Positions 10,158 to 22,986 are shown, numbered from the stretch's first letter. The stretch: DNA of 64,000 nucleotides from Myxococcales bacterium (GCA_021807105.1 JAKAPL010000002.1:48515-112514), one strand, 5' to 3'. The notes: generated from the sequence alone by a model not told the origin. Translations and numbers: made by a program.

Positions 10158-10661
10158 ATGGGCACGAGAGGCCGAGAGATCATCGGGATGAACGTCGAGG
10201 AGCTGCTCGCGCGGCTGAACCGGGCCTACGCGAGCGAGTGGCTCGCCTATTACCAGTACTGGCTCGGGGCGAAGGTCATCAAGGGGCCAATGAAGGACGC
10301 GGTCGCCGCCGAGCTGAACCTCCACGCGACCGAGGAGCTGAACCACGCGGGCCTCCTCGCCGGCCGCATCCTCCAGCTCGGCGGCGTGCCGGTCACGAGC
10401 CCGGAGGGTTGGGGGAAGGCGAGCCCGTGCCCGTACGACGCGCCCGAGGATCCCTACGTGGCCGTCCTGCTCGACCAGAACCTCGCCGGCGAGCGGTGCG
10501 CGATCACGGCGTACAAGGCCCTCATGGACGCGACCGAGGGCAAGGACATGGTGACCTACAACCTCGCGCTGACCATCCTGGAGCAGGAGGTCGAGCACGA
10601 GGAGGACCTCCAGAACCTGCGCGAGGATCTGGATCTGATGGTGGAGCGGGGCAGGAGGTAG
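10158..10661 (+). CDS. Ferritin-like / DPS-like di-iron protein
   Basis: Four-helix-bundle ferritin-like pattern with paired E...ExxH sites (HATEELNHAG; LEQEVEHEEDL); 167 aa. Confidence 0.8.
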   Translation: MGTRGREIIGMNVEELLARLNRAYASEWLAYYQYWLGAKVIKGPMKDAVAAELNLHATEELNHAGLLAGRILQLGGVPVTSPEGWGKASPCPYDAPEDPYVAVLLDQNLAGERCAITAYKALMDATEGKDMVTYNLALTILEQEVEHEEDLQNLREDLDLMVERGRR

Positions 10662-10873
10662 GGGGCGCGCCCGGCCGGGTGCGGCGGGATCGTCCCCGAG
10701 CGAGGCGGCCGGGACCCCGGCGCCCGAAGAGGGTCAAGGTCTCGGGTGCGGGTGCGGGAGAGGGGCCGGAGGGGGTATCGGGAGCGGGTGGGGGCGCCGG
10801 ACCGCCGGACGGCCGCCCGAGGCGCCCCGTGGGAGCCTACCCCTTCCCGTGCGCGGCGCATCCCCGAGCGGAT

Positions 10874-11146
10874 CGTCTCGATCCGGCGTGGGATCGCTTC
10901 GATCCGCCGCCGCATGGCTTCGATCCACCGCCGCATGGCTTCGATCCACCGCCGCATGGCTTCGATCCGGCGCCGCATGGCTTCGATCCACCGCCGCATG
11001 GCTTCGATCAACCGCCGCATCACTTCGATCAACCGCCGCATGGCTTCGATCCGGCGCCGCATGGCTTCGATCCACCGCCGCATGGCTTCGATCCACCGCC
11101 GCATGGCTTCGATCAACCTCGGGATCGCTTCGATCCGCCGACGGGA
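10874..11146. repeat. Tandem array of 13 x 21-bp units (core GGCTTCGATCCACCGCCGCAT)
   Basis: Units start at 10874, 10895, 10916 ... 11126 with an exact 21-bp period. The central 9-10 units are near-identical and the two units at each edge are degenerate. Each unit carries GATC. No stop codon occurs in any frame. Confidence 0.9.
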
Positions 11147-11390
11147 CGGCCGGATTCGCCCGTGGTCCCCGCGGGTTGCGCGTTTCTTCCCCCTTCTCTG
11201 TCACACAATCCCGTCTCCGCCCCATCTACCTCCATGAAGGGGCCGAAAGGTCCGGTGACGAAAGTGTGGTGAAAGGCCATGGAGACGACCGAGCTCGACA
11301 AGGCGAAGGTGGAGGAGGTCTTCCGTGCGGGACGAGACGCTCGTGAGGGGTTGCTTGACCCTCGCGGCGGTCGCGGGATAGGAGAACAGC

Positions 11391-12131
11391 GTGTCCCGGC
11401 TCCTGCACGCGGCGTACTGGCCGCTCGCCGCCGCGCTCGCCGCCGCCCCGGCGGCCGCGCGGGCGGCGGTCTACGTCAACGGCGTCGACGTGAGCGGCGC
11501 GGCGCTCTCCCAGAAGTTCGAGCACTGCACCGTGACGTTCGACGGCAAGGGGAACGTGCTCATCGACGCGCCGGGCTACTCCATCCAGTCCGTCACCGAG
11601 ACGGCGGTCCCGGCCCAGGTGGCGCGGGCCGCCGTCCCCGCCGTCCCGACCCCCGCCCCCGCGCCGGCGCCCCCGCCGGTCGCGCCTCCCCCTCCGCTTC
11701 CCGTGCCGGTCGTGGTCTCCACGGCGCCGCCCCCTCCGGCGCCCCTGCCGGCCGCCGCCTCCTCCCCCGCCGTCCTGACCCGGAAGTATTTCGTGGACGC
11801 GAAGCAGTCGCTGCCCGGGATGGCCCAGTACGACATCGATCTCTTCATCGACGGGAAGTGGGTCCGCAAGTTCCGCTCCGACGACGGCGAGATCGTCACC
11901 GAGGTCACCTCGTACCTCCACCCCGGCCCGAACCAGGTCCTCTTCGTGGCCAAGAAGGACATCGTGGGCGCGCGCAAGAGCTTCTCCCCCGCCGCGAGCT
12001 ACACGATCCTCCTCGGGGCGGGCGAGGCGAGCGGCGACATGGTCGTCATCGACGCCCCCTTGCTCACGTTCAAGCGCTCCGCGGACGAGATGGACGACGC
12101 GAGCCAGTCGTTCACGGTCGACGGGCGCTGA
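11391..12131 (+). CDS. Exported hypothetical protein with Pro-rich linker
   Basis: GTG start 5 nt after AGGAGA. Signal-like N-terminus ...AAALAAAPAAARAAVY. Pro/Ala linker, then a globular C-terminal half. High GC3. Confidence 0.6.
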   Translation: MSRLLHAAYWPLAAALAAAPAAARAAVYVNGVDVSGAALSQKFEHCTVTFDGKGNVLIDAPGYSIQSVTETAVPAQVARAAVPAVPTPAPAPAPPPVAPPPPLPVPVVVSTAPPPPAPLPAAASSPAVLTRKYFVDAKQSLPGMAQYDIDLFIDGKWVRKFRSDDGEIVTEVTSYLHPGPNQVLFVAKKDIVGARKSFSPAASYTILLGAGEASGDMVVIDAPLLTFKRSADEMDDASQSFTVDGR

Positions 12132-12137
12132 CCGGCG

Positions 12138-12599
12138 ATGTTCGCGATCGACCCGGCCCGGACCAGCCTCGCGGCGCGCCGCGAGCGGATCGTCGCGGTC
12201 TTCGAGTCCGTCAACGCGCCGGTGGTCGCGGTCCCGGGCGAGGCGCCCCAGCCCGCGCAGGCGTGCGTCTGCGGGGTCCGCAACCCGAACGCGACGTTCT
12301 CCCTCGGCATCCACCTGCTCCTCACGGTCGACCGGCGGCCGATCGTCTACGCGCACGATCGTCCCGAGTTCCCGCTCGCGGAGTACCCCGCGGTCGAGGC
12401 CGAGGCGCGGGAGTTCGTGGAGAGCATGGGCTTCATGATGGAGAACCTGGCCTTCCGCGATCAGAGGGCGGCGGCGCAGGAGGAGATCCTCGCCCGCCTG
12501 CCGGCCTTCGCCGCGGGGGGGGGAGGCGCCGAGGCCGGCCCGGCGGAGGGCGGCGAGGATCGCCGCCGGGGGCTCCTCCACCTCCTGGCGGCCTTCTAG
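12138..12599 (+). CDS. Hypothetical protein
   Basis: 153-aa ORF 6 bp after the previous gene. Its TAG abuts the ATG of the next gene (12597-12602). Codon bias is consistent with coding. No motif recognised. Confidence 0.5.
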   Translation: MFAIDPARTSLAARRERIVAVFESVNAPVVAVPGEAPQPAQACVCGVRNPNATFSLGIHLLLTVDRRPIVYAHDRPEFPLAEYPAVEAEAREFVESMGFMMENLAFRDQRAAAQEEILARLPAFAAGGGGAEAGPAEGGEDRRRGLLHLLAAF

Positions 12600-13373
12600 A
12601 TGGACCGGCGGCCGAGGAGGACGGGGCGGGGCGGCGGGTGGCTCTGGATCGCCGCGTCCCTCTCCGCCTGCGCGCCCACGGCCAAGCAGCTCGAGAACGC
12701 GCAGATCCACTACGACCTGGGCGTCAACGCGATGGAGCTGTCCCACGACGCCCAGTCGGCGGTCAAGGAGTTCCAGACCGCCTTGAAGGAGAACCCGAAC
12801 GACGCCGAGGCCGAAGACGGCCTCGGACTCGCCCTCCACCTGATGCTCCACCGGCCCGAGGAGGCCGTCCCCCACTACCTGCACGCCCTGGAGATCGATC
12901 CGAAGTTCTCCGAGGCGGCCAACAACCTGGGCAACGCCTACACGGACCTCGGCCGTTACGCCGACGCGGCCCGGATGTACCGGCGCGCGCTCTCCGACGA
13001 GATGTACCGGACGCCGTACATCGCGGAGGGCAACCTCGGCTGGGTCCTCTACAAGAGCGGCGAGGTCGAGGAGGGGATCCGCCACCTCAAGACGGCGATC
13101 GCCGAGAACCGGAGCTACTGCCAGGGCTACCGGTCGCTCGGCATGATCGACGCGCAGGAGGGCAAGCTCGGGGAGGCGGAAGAGGAGTTCACCGCGTTCC
13201 GGGACCACTGCCCGCAGGTCCCGGAGGCGCGCTACCGGCTCGGGCTCGTCCTGCTCAAGGAGGGGCGGCAGGATCGGGCGCGGGAGGAGTTCTCCGCCTG
13301 CGCCGCGGCGAAGGCCGCCCGCGACACGGACCTCGGCGCGGAGTGCGCCCGCCTCGTGAAGATGATGGAGTAG
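12600..13373 (+). CDS. TPR-repeat lipoprotein, PilF/PilW-like
   Basis: Lipobox WIAASLSAC. Multiple TPR-like repeats (AxxxLGxAYxxxGxYxxA patterns). Its position directly upstream of a RodZ-like HTH gene mirrors the pilF/pilW-rodZ synteny known in proteobacteria. Confidence 0.7.
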   Translation: MDRRPRRTGRGGGWLWIAASLSACAPTAKQLENAQIHYDLGVNAMELSHDAQSAVKEFQTALKENPNDAEAEDGLGLALHLMLHRPEEAVPHYLHALEIDPKFSEAANNLGNAYTDLGRYADAARMYRRALSDEMYRTPYIAEGNLGWVLYKSGEVEEGIRHLKTAIAENRSYCQGYRSLGMIDAQEGKLGEAEEEFTAFRDHCPQVPEARYRLGLVLLKEGRQDRAREEFSACAAAKAARDTDLGAECARLVKMME

Positions 13374-13439
13374 GGACTGGCCTCGTTCGGGCGATACCTC
13401 GCGCAGGAGCGGGAGCTGCGGGCCCTCTCGCGGGAGGAT

Positions 13440-13721
13440 GTGGCGGCGAAGACACGCCTCTCGCTCGAATCGATCGGCGCGCTCGAGGAGGACCGGTTCG
13501 ACGACCTCCCGGGCGAGGCGTTCATCCGCGGCTACGTCCGCAGCTACGCGGGCTGCATCGGCCTCTCGCCCGACGAGGCGGTGCTCCGTTACCGGGAGTG
13601 GCGCCTCTCGAACCCCGGTCCCGAACAGGCGGAGAGACCCCGGCGCAGAAAGCTCCCCCTGCTCCTCGCCGCCGCCGCCCTCGCGTCCGCCGGCGCCGTC
13701 CTCTGGCTCTGGCGAAGGTGA
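13440..13721 (+). CDS. RodZ-like HTH protein with C-terminal membrane anchor (minimal GTG-start model; the domain appears to extend up to 13377)
   Basis: ...SLESIGALEEDRFDDLPGEAFIRGYVRSYAGCIGL is the RodZ/HTH_25 signature. TM segment LPLLLAAAALASAGAVLWLW. The in-frame upstream codons encode FGRYLAQERELRALSREDV, which is helix 1-2 of the HTH. Confidence 0.6.
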   Translation: MAAKTRLSLESIGALEEDRFDDLPGEAFIRGYVRSYAGCIGLSPDEAVLRYREWRLSNPGPEQAERPRRRKLPLLLAAAALASAGAVLWLWRR

Positions 13722-13724
13722 GCC

Positions 13725-14459
13725 GTGGCGCTGCTCACGACGCCGGCGATCCTCCTGCGCCGGTTCGACCACGGCGAGTCGGCGCAGGTCGCCTGGCTCC
13801 TGACGCCGCGGCAGGGGCGGGTCGCCGCCTTCGCCGCCGGCGCCCGCCGGAGCCGCCGCCGCTTCCCGGGGGGGATCGAGCCGGCCACGCTGGTGACGGC
13901 GGTGATCGAGCCGCCCCGCCGGGGGGAGCTGTGGCGGCTCTCCGAGCTCTCGCCCCGCGCGCTGCTCCCCTCGCTGCGCGGCTCCCTCGAGGCGATCGCC
14001 TGCGCGGGGGCGGCCTGCGAGCTCTCCGCCGAGCTCTCGCGGGAGAACGATCCCGCCCCGGGCCTCTTCGTCCTGCTGGAGGGCTACCTGCGCCTGCTCG
14101 ACGGAGGCCGCCGGGGGGCCGCGGACCTCGCCGGGTTCTTCCTCGACGCGCTCGGCGCCGCGGGCCTCGGGCCGTCTCTCTCGCGCTGCGCCCGCTGCGG
14201 GGGAGCGCGCGAGGGAGAGGACGATCCCCTCTTCTTCGACGGGTCCGAGGGCGGCTGCCTCTGCCGCCGCTGCCCGCCCCGCGCGCCCGGCGCCGTCCCG
14301 GTCCGGGCCGAGTGGGTCGACGCCCTCGTCCGCGCCGGCCGGGGGGAGGCGCCGGAGCTGCCGCCGGGGGCGCAGCGCCTCCTCTGGCAGATCCTCGACC
14401 ACCGACTCGGCAAGCGCCTCCGGAGCCACGCGCTCCTCGCACAGCTGCGCCTCGCGTGA
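13725..14459 (+). CDS. recO: DNA repair protein RecO
   Basis: N-terminal OB-fold pattern (TPAILLRRFDHGESAQVAWLLTPRQGRV) and zinc-finger Cys pairs (CARCGG ... CLCRRC); 244 aa. Confidence 0.85.
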   Translation: MALLTTPAILLRRFDHGESAQVAWLLTPRQGRVAAFAAGARRSRRRFPGGIEPATLVTAVIEPPRRGELWRLSELSPRALLPSLRGSLEAIACAGAACELSAELSRENDPAPGLFVLLEGYLRLLDGGRRGAADLAGFFLDALGAAGLGPSLSRCARCGGAREGEDDPLFFDGSEGGCLCRRCPPRAPGAVPVRAEWVDALVRAGRGEAPELPPGAQRLLWQILDHRLGKRLRSHALLAQLRLA

Positions 14460-14486
14460 GGAGCGCGTGAAGAACCCCTCCCGGCG

Positions 14487-15641
14487 CTACCTGCCGGCGG
14501 CAGCGCTCCGGTCGAGGGCCCGCGCGGCGTCGTCGAGCCGCCTCGCGTCGCGGGCGAGCGCGTCCCGCTCTGCGCGGAGCGCCTCGATCGCGCCGTCGTC
14601 GCCGGCCGCCTCGTCGGAGAGCGGGGGCTCTTCCGGCCGCTCGCCGTAGACGGCGGTCCGGCTGCCGGGCTCCAGGGAGAGCGCGCTCGTCCCTGCCGCG
14701 GGAGGGTTGAGCGCTCCGAGGGAGGCAGGGACGGAGGGGGGGGCGCCGCCCCCTTGCACGCCCGGGGTCCCGCCGCTGGTGGTCGCGCCCGCGCCGCCTC
14801 CCGCGCCGTTCGTCATCCCGCCCCCCCCGCTCGACGACCCGGCCCCGGCGCTCATCGTGGCGCTGCCGCTGCCCGGCGTCCGATCGCCGCCGGCGAGCGG
14901 CGCGGCTCCGGGCTGCGCGGGGGGCGAGGCGAGGGAGAGGTTCTCGCGCGACACGGACAGGCGACGATCCTCGTCGTCGAAGAGATCCTGCTCGGTCACC
15001 AGCTCCGAGACGCGGCGCGCCAGGGTCCGCTCGCGCGTCGCGACCTCGATCCGCCGGTCGAGATCGGCGATGCGCCGGCGAAGCCGGTCCTCCCGGTCCC
15101 GCAGGAAGTCGGCCTTTTGCCGCAACGCGGCCGCGTCGTCGGTCCGCGCGGCCGCGAGCGCCCCGGCCGGGACGGCGGCCTCGGGCGCGAGCGGGCGCGG
15201 GCGTGGGGCGCACAGCCTCCGGACCTCCGCCCAGCGGCGGGCGAGTCGCTCGCGGTCGGCGGAGACGCCCGGGGCGGAGAGCGCGGCGAGCTCCTGCGCG
15301 CAGCCGCGGGCCAGGGCCTCGGAGGCGCGGCGGGCGCCCTCCTCGGCGGCGGCCAGGCGACGCTCGATCTCCTGGAGGCGGGAGGCGAGCCCGGTCGCCT
15401 TTCGGAGCATCGTCGTCAGCTCGGGGCCCGGCTCGGCGCCGGGGGCGAGCAGCCTCTTCCGCTCGGCGATCGTCGCGGCGAGGCGGTCCAGCTCCGCCTG
15501 CGCGCCGTCGCGCTCCCCGGCCAGCGCGACGACCCGGGACCGGGCGTCCTTCGAGGCGGCCGCGAGCTCCGCCGGCGACTCTGCCCGGGCCGGGAGCGCG
15601 CGGCAGAGGACGAAGGCGAGGAGGACGGGAAAGACACGCAC
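14487..15641 (-). CDS. Exported coiled-coil protein with Gly-rich segment
   Basis: The start is moved to the GTG at 15641 so the product begins with signal peptide VRVFPVLLAFVLCRALPARAESP. Long Arg/Glu/Ala/Leu heptad-like stretches follow. The upstream part of track ORF 14487..15953 overlaps the divergent promoter region. Confidence 0.6.
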   Translation of the reverse strand: MRVFPVLLAFVLCRALPARAESPAELAAASKDARSRVVALAGERDGAQAELDRLAATIAERKRLLAPGAEPGPELTTMLRKATGLASRLQEIERRLAAAEEGARRASEALARGCAQELAALSAPGVSADRERLARRWAEVRRLCAPRPRPLAPEAAVPAGALAAARTDDAAALRQKADFLRDREDRLRRRIADLDRRIEVATRERTLARRVSELVTEQDLFDDEDRRLSVSRENLSLASPPAQPGAAPLAGGDRTPGSGSATMSAGAGSSSGGGGMTNGAGGGAGATTSGGTPGVQGGGAPPSVPASLGALNPPAAGTSALSLEPGSRTAVYGERPEEPPLSDEAAGDDGAIEALRAERDALARDARRLDDAARALDRSAAAGR

Positions 15642-15846
15642 GGCGCTAAGAGCAGGCAACTCGCGGGCCAGGACGATGGAGAGATAACCCTCGGGAAAGA
15701 CGAGGTCCAGATCCGACGGAGGCCGGAGGAGCGACGGAAATCTGAGGCGCTGGGGCAAAAACCGGAGGGCACGTCCGGAGGTCTCGTCAACTCCCCGGAA
15801 ACGATCTATGCTGCCGGCGTCCACTCCAACGGAGGGTAGGAAACCG

Positions 15847-16491
15847 ATGCGTCGTTTCTCCAGGATCGCCCTGACCGCCGCCGTCGTCGCGGGCTGCTCG
15901 AAGTCGCCGGCGCCCTCTCCGAACGCGGCGAGCGCCGCCGTCGTCGGCGCCATGATCAGCCATCAGGCCGCCCAGCACGGCGAGCAGATCGGGGCGGGCG
16001 CCGCGGCCAACGCCTACCTTCAGATGGCCAAGATGGCCCAACAGCCGCCCAAGCGTGGGATCATCAACTTCAAGAAGCTGACGCCGCTCCTGCCGGACGC
16101 CCCGGCGGGCTGGACGGCCGCGCCAGCCGAGGGACGGACGATGGCCGTCGGAGCCTTCCAGGTCAGCGAGGCCTCCCGCCGCTACCAGAAGGGGACGGAA
16201 TCGATCACCCTCAAGGTCACGGACCTCGCCGGCAACCCGATGATGGCGACCCTCCCCATGGCCTTCGCCATGCAGGAGGAGACCTCGAACGGGTACCGCA
16301 AGCCCTTCACGCTGGCCGGCGATCAGGGAAGCGAGCACTGGCAAGTCGCCGGCAAGCAGGCCGAGATCCAGCTCTTGACCAAGAACCAGCTCCTGGTGAG
16401 CGCGAACGGCAGCGGCCTCGACGGAACGGGAGCCGCGAAGGATCTGCTCGCCAAGGTGGACATCGCCAAGGTGGAGGCGCTGGCGCCCTAG
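15847..16491 (+). CDS. Lipoprotein, unknown function
   Basis: Internal Met gives MRRFSRIALTAAVVAGCSKS (lipobox). SD-like GGAGGGTAGGAAACC lies upstream. Confidence 0.65.
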   Translation: MRRFSRIALTAAVVAGCSKSPAPSPNAASAAVVGAMISHQAAQHGEQIGAGAAANAYLQMAKMAQQPPKRGIINFKKLTPLLPDAPAGWTAAPAEGRTMAVGAFQVSEASRRYQKGTESITLKVTDLAGNPMMATLPMAFAMQEETSNGYRKPFTLAGDQGSEHWQVAGKQAEIQLLTKNQLLVSANGSGLDGTGAAKDLLAKVDIAKVEALAP

Positions 16492-16551
16492 GGGCGGGTG
16501 TGGGTGATGAAGAAGCTAGGAAGAGAAGCCGGCGCAGCCTCCTGGCTCCCT

Positions 16552-16570
16552 GGCCTCCCGGGAGGAGGCC
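16552..16570 (+). terminator. GC hairpin downstream of the lipoprotein gene (possible terminator, no U-tract)
   Basis: GGCCTCC-CGGGA-GGAGGCC forms a 7-bp stem with a 5-nt loop, 60 bp after the stop at 16491. Confidence 0.3.
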
Positions 16571-16626
16571 CACCGTAGGTCCGTTGGTGAGCGTCCGTTT
16601 CACGTTAGTCTCCCCGTGACGTCCAG

Positions 16627-17307
16627 TTGAGCGAGCCGGTCTTCGAGCTGCTCTCGGCCGGGAAGCGCTTTGGCCCCGTGCCGGCGCTCGCGGGGGTGAG
16701 CCTCACGGGCGGGCCGGGCGAGCGGGTCGCCCTCCGGGGCCCGAACGGGTCGGGGAAGAGCACGCTCCTGAAGCTCCTCGCCGGCCTGCTCGTGGCCGAC
16801 ACGGGCGTGGTCCGCGTCCTGGGTGCGCCCCCCGCGACGGCCCCCCGGGTCCGGGCGCGGATCGGCTTCTGCACGGGAGACGAGCGGAGTCTGCTGCCGA
16901 GACTCTCCGCCGCCGAGAACCTCCGCTTCTTCGGTGCGCTCTACGGCCTCGCCGGCGCGGACCTTCGCGCGCGGATCGACGCGGTGGCCGGCGAGGTCGG
17001 CCTCGCGGCGGAGCTGGCGCGGCCCGCCTGGTCCCTCTCCTCCGGGGGCCGGGCGAAGCTCCTCCTCGCCCGGGCCCTCCTCCACTCGCCGCGCCTCATC
17101 CTCGTGGACGAGAGCACGCACGCCCTCGACGCCGCGGCGACCTCGACGCTGCGCGCGCGGCTCTGCGAACGCGCCGCGGCGGGCGCCTGCCTGGTGTTCG
17201 TCACGCACCGCGAGGAAGAGGCGCGCGCGATCGCCACGCGGACGGTGGAGCTCGCCCGCGGCCGGGTCGTCCCCGGCGCGGCGGCGGTGAGGGGAGGGGT
17301 CGCGTGA
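16627..17307 (+). CDS. ABC transporter ATP-binding protein
   Basis: Walker [10 protein letters not shown], signature LSSGGRAKL, Walker [12 protein letters not shown] start. Confidence 0.85.
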   Translation: MSEPVFELLSAGKRFGPVPALAGVSLTGGPGERVALRGPNGSGKSTLLKLLAGLLVADTGVVRVLGAPPATAPRVRARIGFCTGDERSLLPRLSAAENLRFFGALYGLAGADLRARIDAVAGEVGLAAELARPAWSLSSGGRAKLLLARALLHSPRLILVDESTHALDAAATSTLRARLCERAAAGACLVFVTHREEEARAIATRTVELARGRVVPGAAAVRGGVA

Positions 17308-18152
17308 CGCCGGACGGCCGGGTCCTGGGGCCTTCGCCGGCCGTGCTCGTCGCGGCGTGGATGCGGCGTCTCACCCTCGAAGCGTTCTCCTACCGCGGCC
17401 ACCTCGCGCTCGAGGCCGTCGGCGGGCTGGTCACGCTCGCCGGTCTCTCCTACCTCTCGCGGATGGTCGGCGGCGCGGGGGCGGCGGCGGTCGGTCCGAG
17501 CGGCTACTTCGCCTTTGCCTGCGTCGGGCTCGCCGCCTACCTGCCGGCGCGGGCCGCGCAGGCGGAGTTGGCGCGCCTGACGCGGGAGATGCAGCTCGTC
17601 GGGCAGCTCGAACCGCTCGCCGCCACGCCCGCCCGCCTGCCCGCCCAGCTCCTCGCGGCGGCCGTCCACCCGAGCCTCGCCGCGCTCGGTCGGACGGGCC
17701 TCACCCTGCTCTCCGGCGCCGCGCTCTTCGGCCTGCCCCTGCGGCTCGCCGGCGTGCCGCTGCTGCTGCTGGGGCTCGTGCTCGCCGCCGCGGCGTCGGC
17801 CGGGCTCGGGCTCGCGAGCGCCGCGGTCGTCCTCCACGTCCGCCGCAGCGATCCCGTCGCCTACCTCCTGGATTCCGCGGCCTGGCTCGGGTCGGGGCTG
17901 GTCTTCCCCGCGGCGCTGCTGCCCGGATGGGCGAGGGGGCTGGCGCAGTGGCTTCCCGCCACCCACGCGCTGCGGCTCGCGCGGGCGGCCTTGCTGCCGG
18001 GCCCGGCGTCGCCGCCCGTGGGGGCCCAGCAGCCGGGGGCGGAGCTCCTGGCGCTCACCGGGCTCGCGGCGGCGGCGCTCGCCGTGGGAGTCTCGGCGCT
18101 CGCGCTCGCCGTGCGGGCGGCCCGGCGATCCGGCGCGCTGGGAATACCCTGA
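17304..18152 (+). CDS. ABC-2-type transporter permease
   Basis: Overlaps the ATPase gene by 4 bp. About six hydrophobic segments over 282 aa. Confidence 0.7.
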   Translation: MTPDGRVLGPSPAVLVAAWMRRLTLEAFSYRGHLALEAVGGLVTLAGLSYLSRMVGGAGAAAVGPSGYFAFACVGLAAYLPARAAQAELARLTREMQLVGQLEPLAATPARLPAQLLAAAVHPSLAALGRTGLTLLSGAALFGLPLRLAGVPLLLLGLVLAAAASAGLGLASAAVVLHVRRSDPVAYLLDSAAWLGSGLVFPAALLPGWARGLAQWLPATHALRLARAALLPGPASPPVGAQQPGAELLALTGLAAAALAVGVSALALAVRAARRSGALGIP

Positions 18153-18169
18153 ACGGCCTGAGCGTCTTC

Positions 18170-18199
18170 TTGCGACGCCGGGCCGCGCTTCTCTATACT
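18170..18199 (+). promoter_or_regulatory. Sigma-70-like promoter candidate for the prkA cluster
   Basis: TTGCGA - 18 bp - TATACT in a locally AT-enriched patch about 50 bp upstream of the prkA ATG. Confidence 0.35.
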
Positions 18200-18251
18200 G
18201 AAATTGGCCCGCGGTCGGAACCTCACGAAGAAGAGCGACAAGGAACAGTCC

Positions 18252-20327
<2,076 letters not shown>

Positions 20328-20346
20328 AGGGCGGGCCGGGATCCCG

Positions 20347-21453
<1,107 letters not shown>

Positions 21454-21459
21454 GGGCGC

Positions 21460-22950
21460 GTGGCCAAGGACCTCCCCGACACCTTACGGAAGCTGCGCGA
21501 CGAGATCGAAGGCTACGCCCGCGGCTTCGGGCTGGACTTCTTCGAGGTGATCTTCGAGGTCCTGCGCTACGACGAGCTGAATATGGTCGCCTCGTACGGC
21601 GGCTTCCCCAACCGCTATCCCCACTGGCGGTTTGGCATGGACTACGAACAGCTCGCGAAGGGGTACGAATACGGTCTCTCGAAGATCTACGAGCTCGTGA
21701 TCAACAACGATCCGACCTACGCCTACCTGCTCGAGGCGAACGCCGACGTCGACCAGAAGCTGGTCATGGCCCACGTCTTCGGCCACGGCGACTTCTTCAA
21801 GAACAATTACATGTTCGCCCACACCAACCGGAAGATGATGGACGAGATGGCCAACCACGCCACCCGGATCCGCCGCGCCATCGACCGGTACGGGGTGGAG
21901 AAGGTCGAGGACCTCGTCGACCGCTGCCTGTCGCTCGAGAACCTCATCGACTACCACGCGCCGTTCATCCAGCGCCGGCCGCGCCCTGCGCCGGGCGGGG
22001 AGGCCGAAGAGGAGCAGCAGGTCCAGGGCTTCGCCACCGACCGCGAGTACATGCGCGGCTACCTGAACCCGGCCGAGGTCCTCGCCGCCGAGCGCAAGCG
22101 GCTCGACGAGGAGCGGGGCCGGCTCAAGCGCTTCCCCGAGCAGCCGGAGCGCGACGTGCTGCTCTTCCTCCTCGCCCACGCGCCGCTCGAGCCGTGGGAG
22201 CACGAGGTGCTCTCGATCCTCCGCGAGGAGGCGTACTACTTCGCCCCCCAGGGGCAGACGAAGATCATGAACGAGGGCTGGGCCTCGTACTGGCACTCGA
22301 CGATCATGACGCAGAAGGCGCTGCGCGATTCGGAGGTGATCGACTACGCCGACCACCACTCGGGGACCCTGGGGACGCGGCCCGGCGCGCTGAACCCGTA
22401 CAAGCTCGGGATCGAGCTCTACCGCGACATCGAGGATCGCTGGAACAAGGGGCGCTTCGGCAAGGAGTACGACGAGTGCGACGACCTCGAGGTCCGGCGC
22501 GCCTGGGACAAGAAGCTGGGCCAGGGGCGGCAGAAGCTGTTCGAGGTCCGGCGCCACTTCAACGACGTGACCTTCATCGACGAGTTCCTCACCGCCGAGT
22601 TCGCCATCGAGCAGAAGCTCTTCGTCTACGGCTGGAGCGAGAAGCGCAACCAGTGGGAGATCCTCGACCGCGAGTTCCGCAAGGTGAAGGACAAGCTCCT
22701 CCACCAGCTCACGAACTTCGGCCAGCCGATCATCGAGGTCGTGGACGGCAACTTCGAGAATCGAGGCGAGCTGCTCCTCTCCCACCGCCACGACGGCATC
22801 GACCTGAAGCTCGATTACGCCCGCGAGACGCTGGGCGCGCTCGGCTCGCTCTGGCGCCGGCCGGTGAACCTCATGACGAAGGTCGGCGACAAGGGCGTGA
22901 TGCTCTCCTTCAACGGCAAGGAGCACCAGGAGCGGCGGGTCGAGCCGTAG
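21460..22950 (+). CDS. spoVR: SpoVR/YcgB-family protein
   Basis: Conserved blocks PHWRFGMDYE, MAHVFGHGDFFKNN and MNEGWASYWH. It is the third member of the canonical prkA-yeaH-spoVR triad. Confidence 0.9.
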   Translation: MAKDLPDTLRKLRDEIEGYARGFGLDFFEVIFEVLRYDELNMVASYGGFPNRYPHWRFGMDYEQLAKGYEYGLSKIYELVINNDPTYAYLLEANADVDQKLVMAHVFGHGDFFKNNYMFAHTNRKMMDEMANHATRIRRAIDRYGVEKVEDLVDRCLSLENLIDYHAPFIQRRPRPAPGGEAEEEQQVQGFATDREYMRGYLNPAEVLAAERKRLDEERGRLKRFPEQPERDVLLFLLAHAPLEPWEHEVLSILREEAYYFAPQGQTKIMNEGWASYWHSTIMTQKALRDSEVIDYADHHSGTLGTRPGALNPYKLGIELYRDIEDRWNKGRFGKEYDECDDLEVRRAWDKKLGQGRQKLFEVRRHFNDVTFIDEFLTAEFAIEQKLFVYGWSEKRNQWEILDREFRKVKDKLLHQLTNFGQPIIEVVDGNFENRGELLLSHRHDGIDLKLDYARETLGALGSLWRRPVNLMTKVGDKGVMLSFNGKEHQERRVEP

Positions 22951-22986
22951 CGCGCCGCGGTCCCGCCGCGGGCCAGGAGGCTCTCG

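Noticed and set aside
10746-11237. Calling track ORF 10746..11237 (heptad MASIHRR protein) or 10556..11116(-) (MRRWIEA) as a CDS feature.
   Set aside because: A 21-bp repeat is open in all six frames by construction. The flanks look like junk Arg-rich sequence, the minus ORF runs antisense into the ferritin-like gene, and no SD is evident. The idea is kept as an open hypothesis in the findings, not as a feature.
18204-18251. Longer N-terminal extensions offered by the track for prkA (18204), the 4336 lipoprotein, pepP (8625), the 15808 lipoprotein, the 14487..15953 protein and glnB (62763).
   Set aside because: In each case a downstream start has a better SD, or yields a proper signal peptide or lipobox, or matches the conserved family N-terminus.
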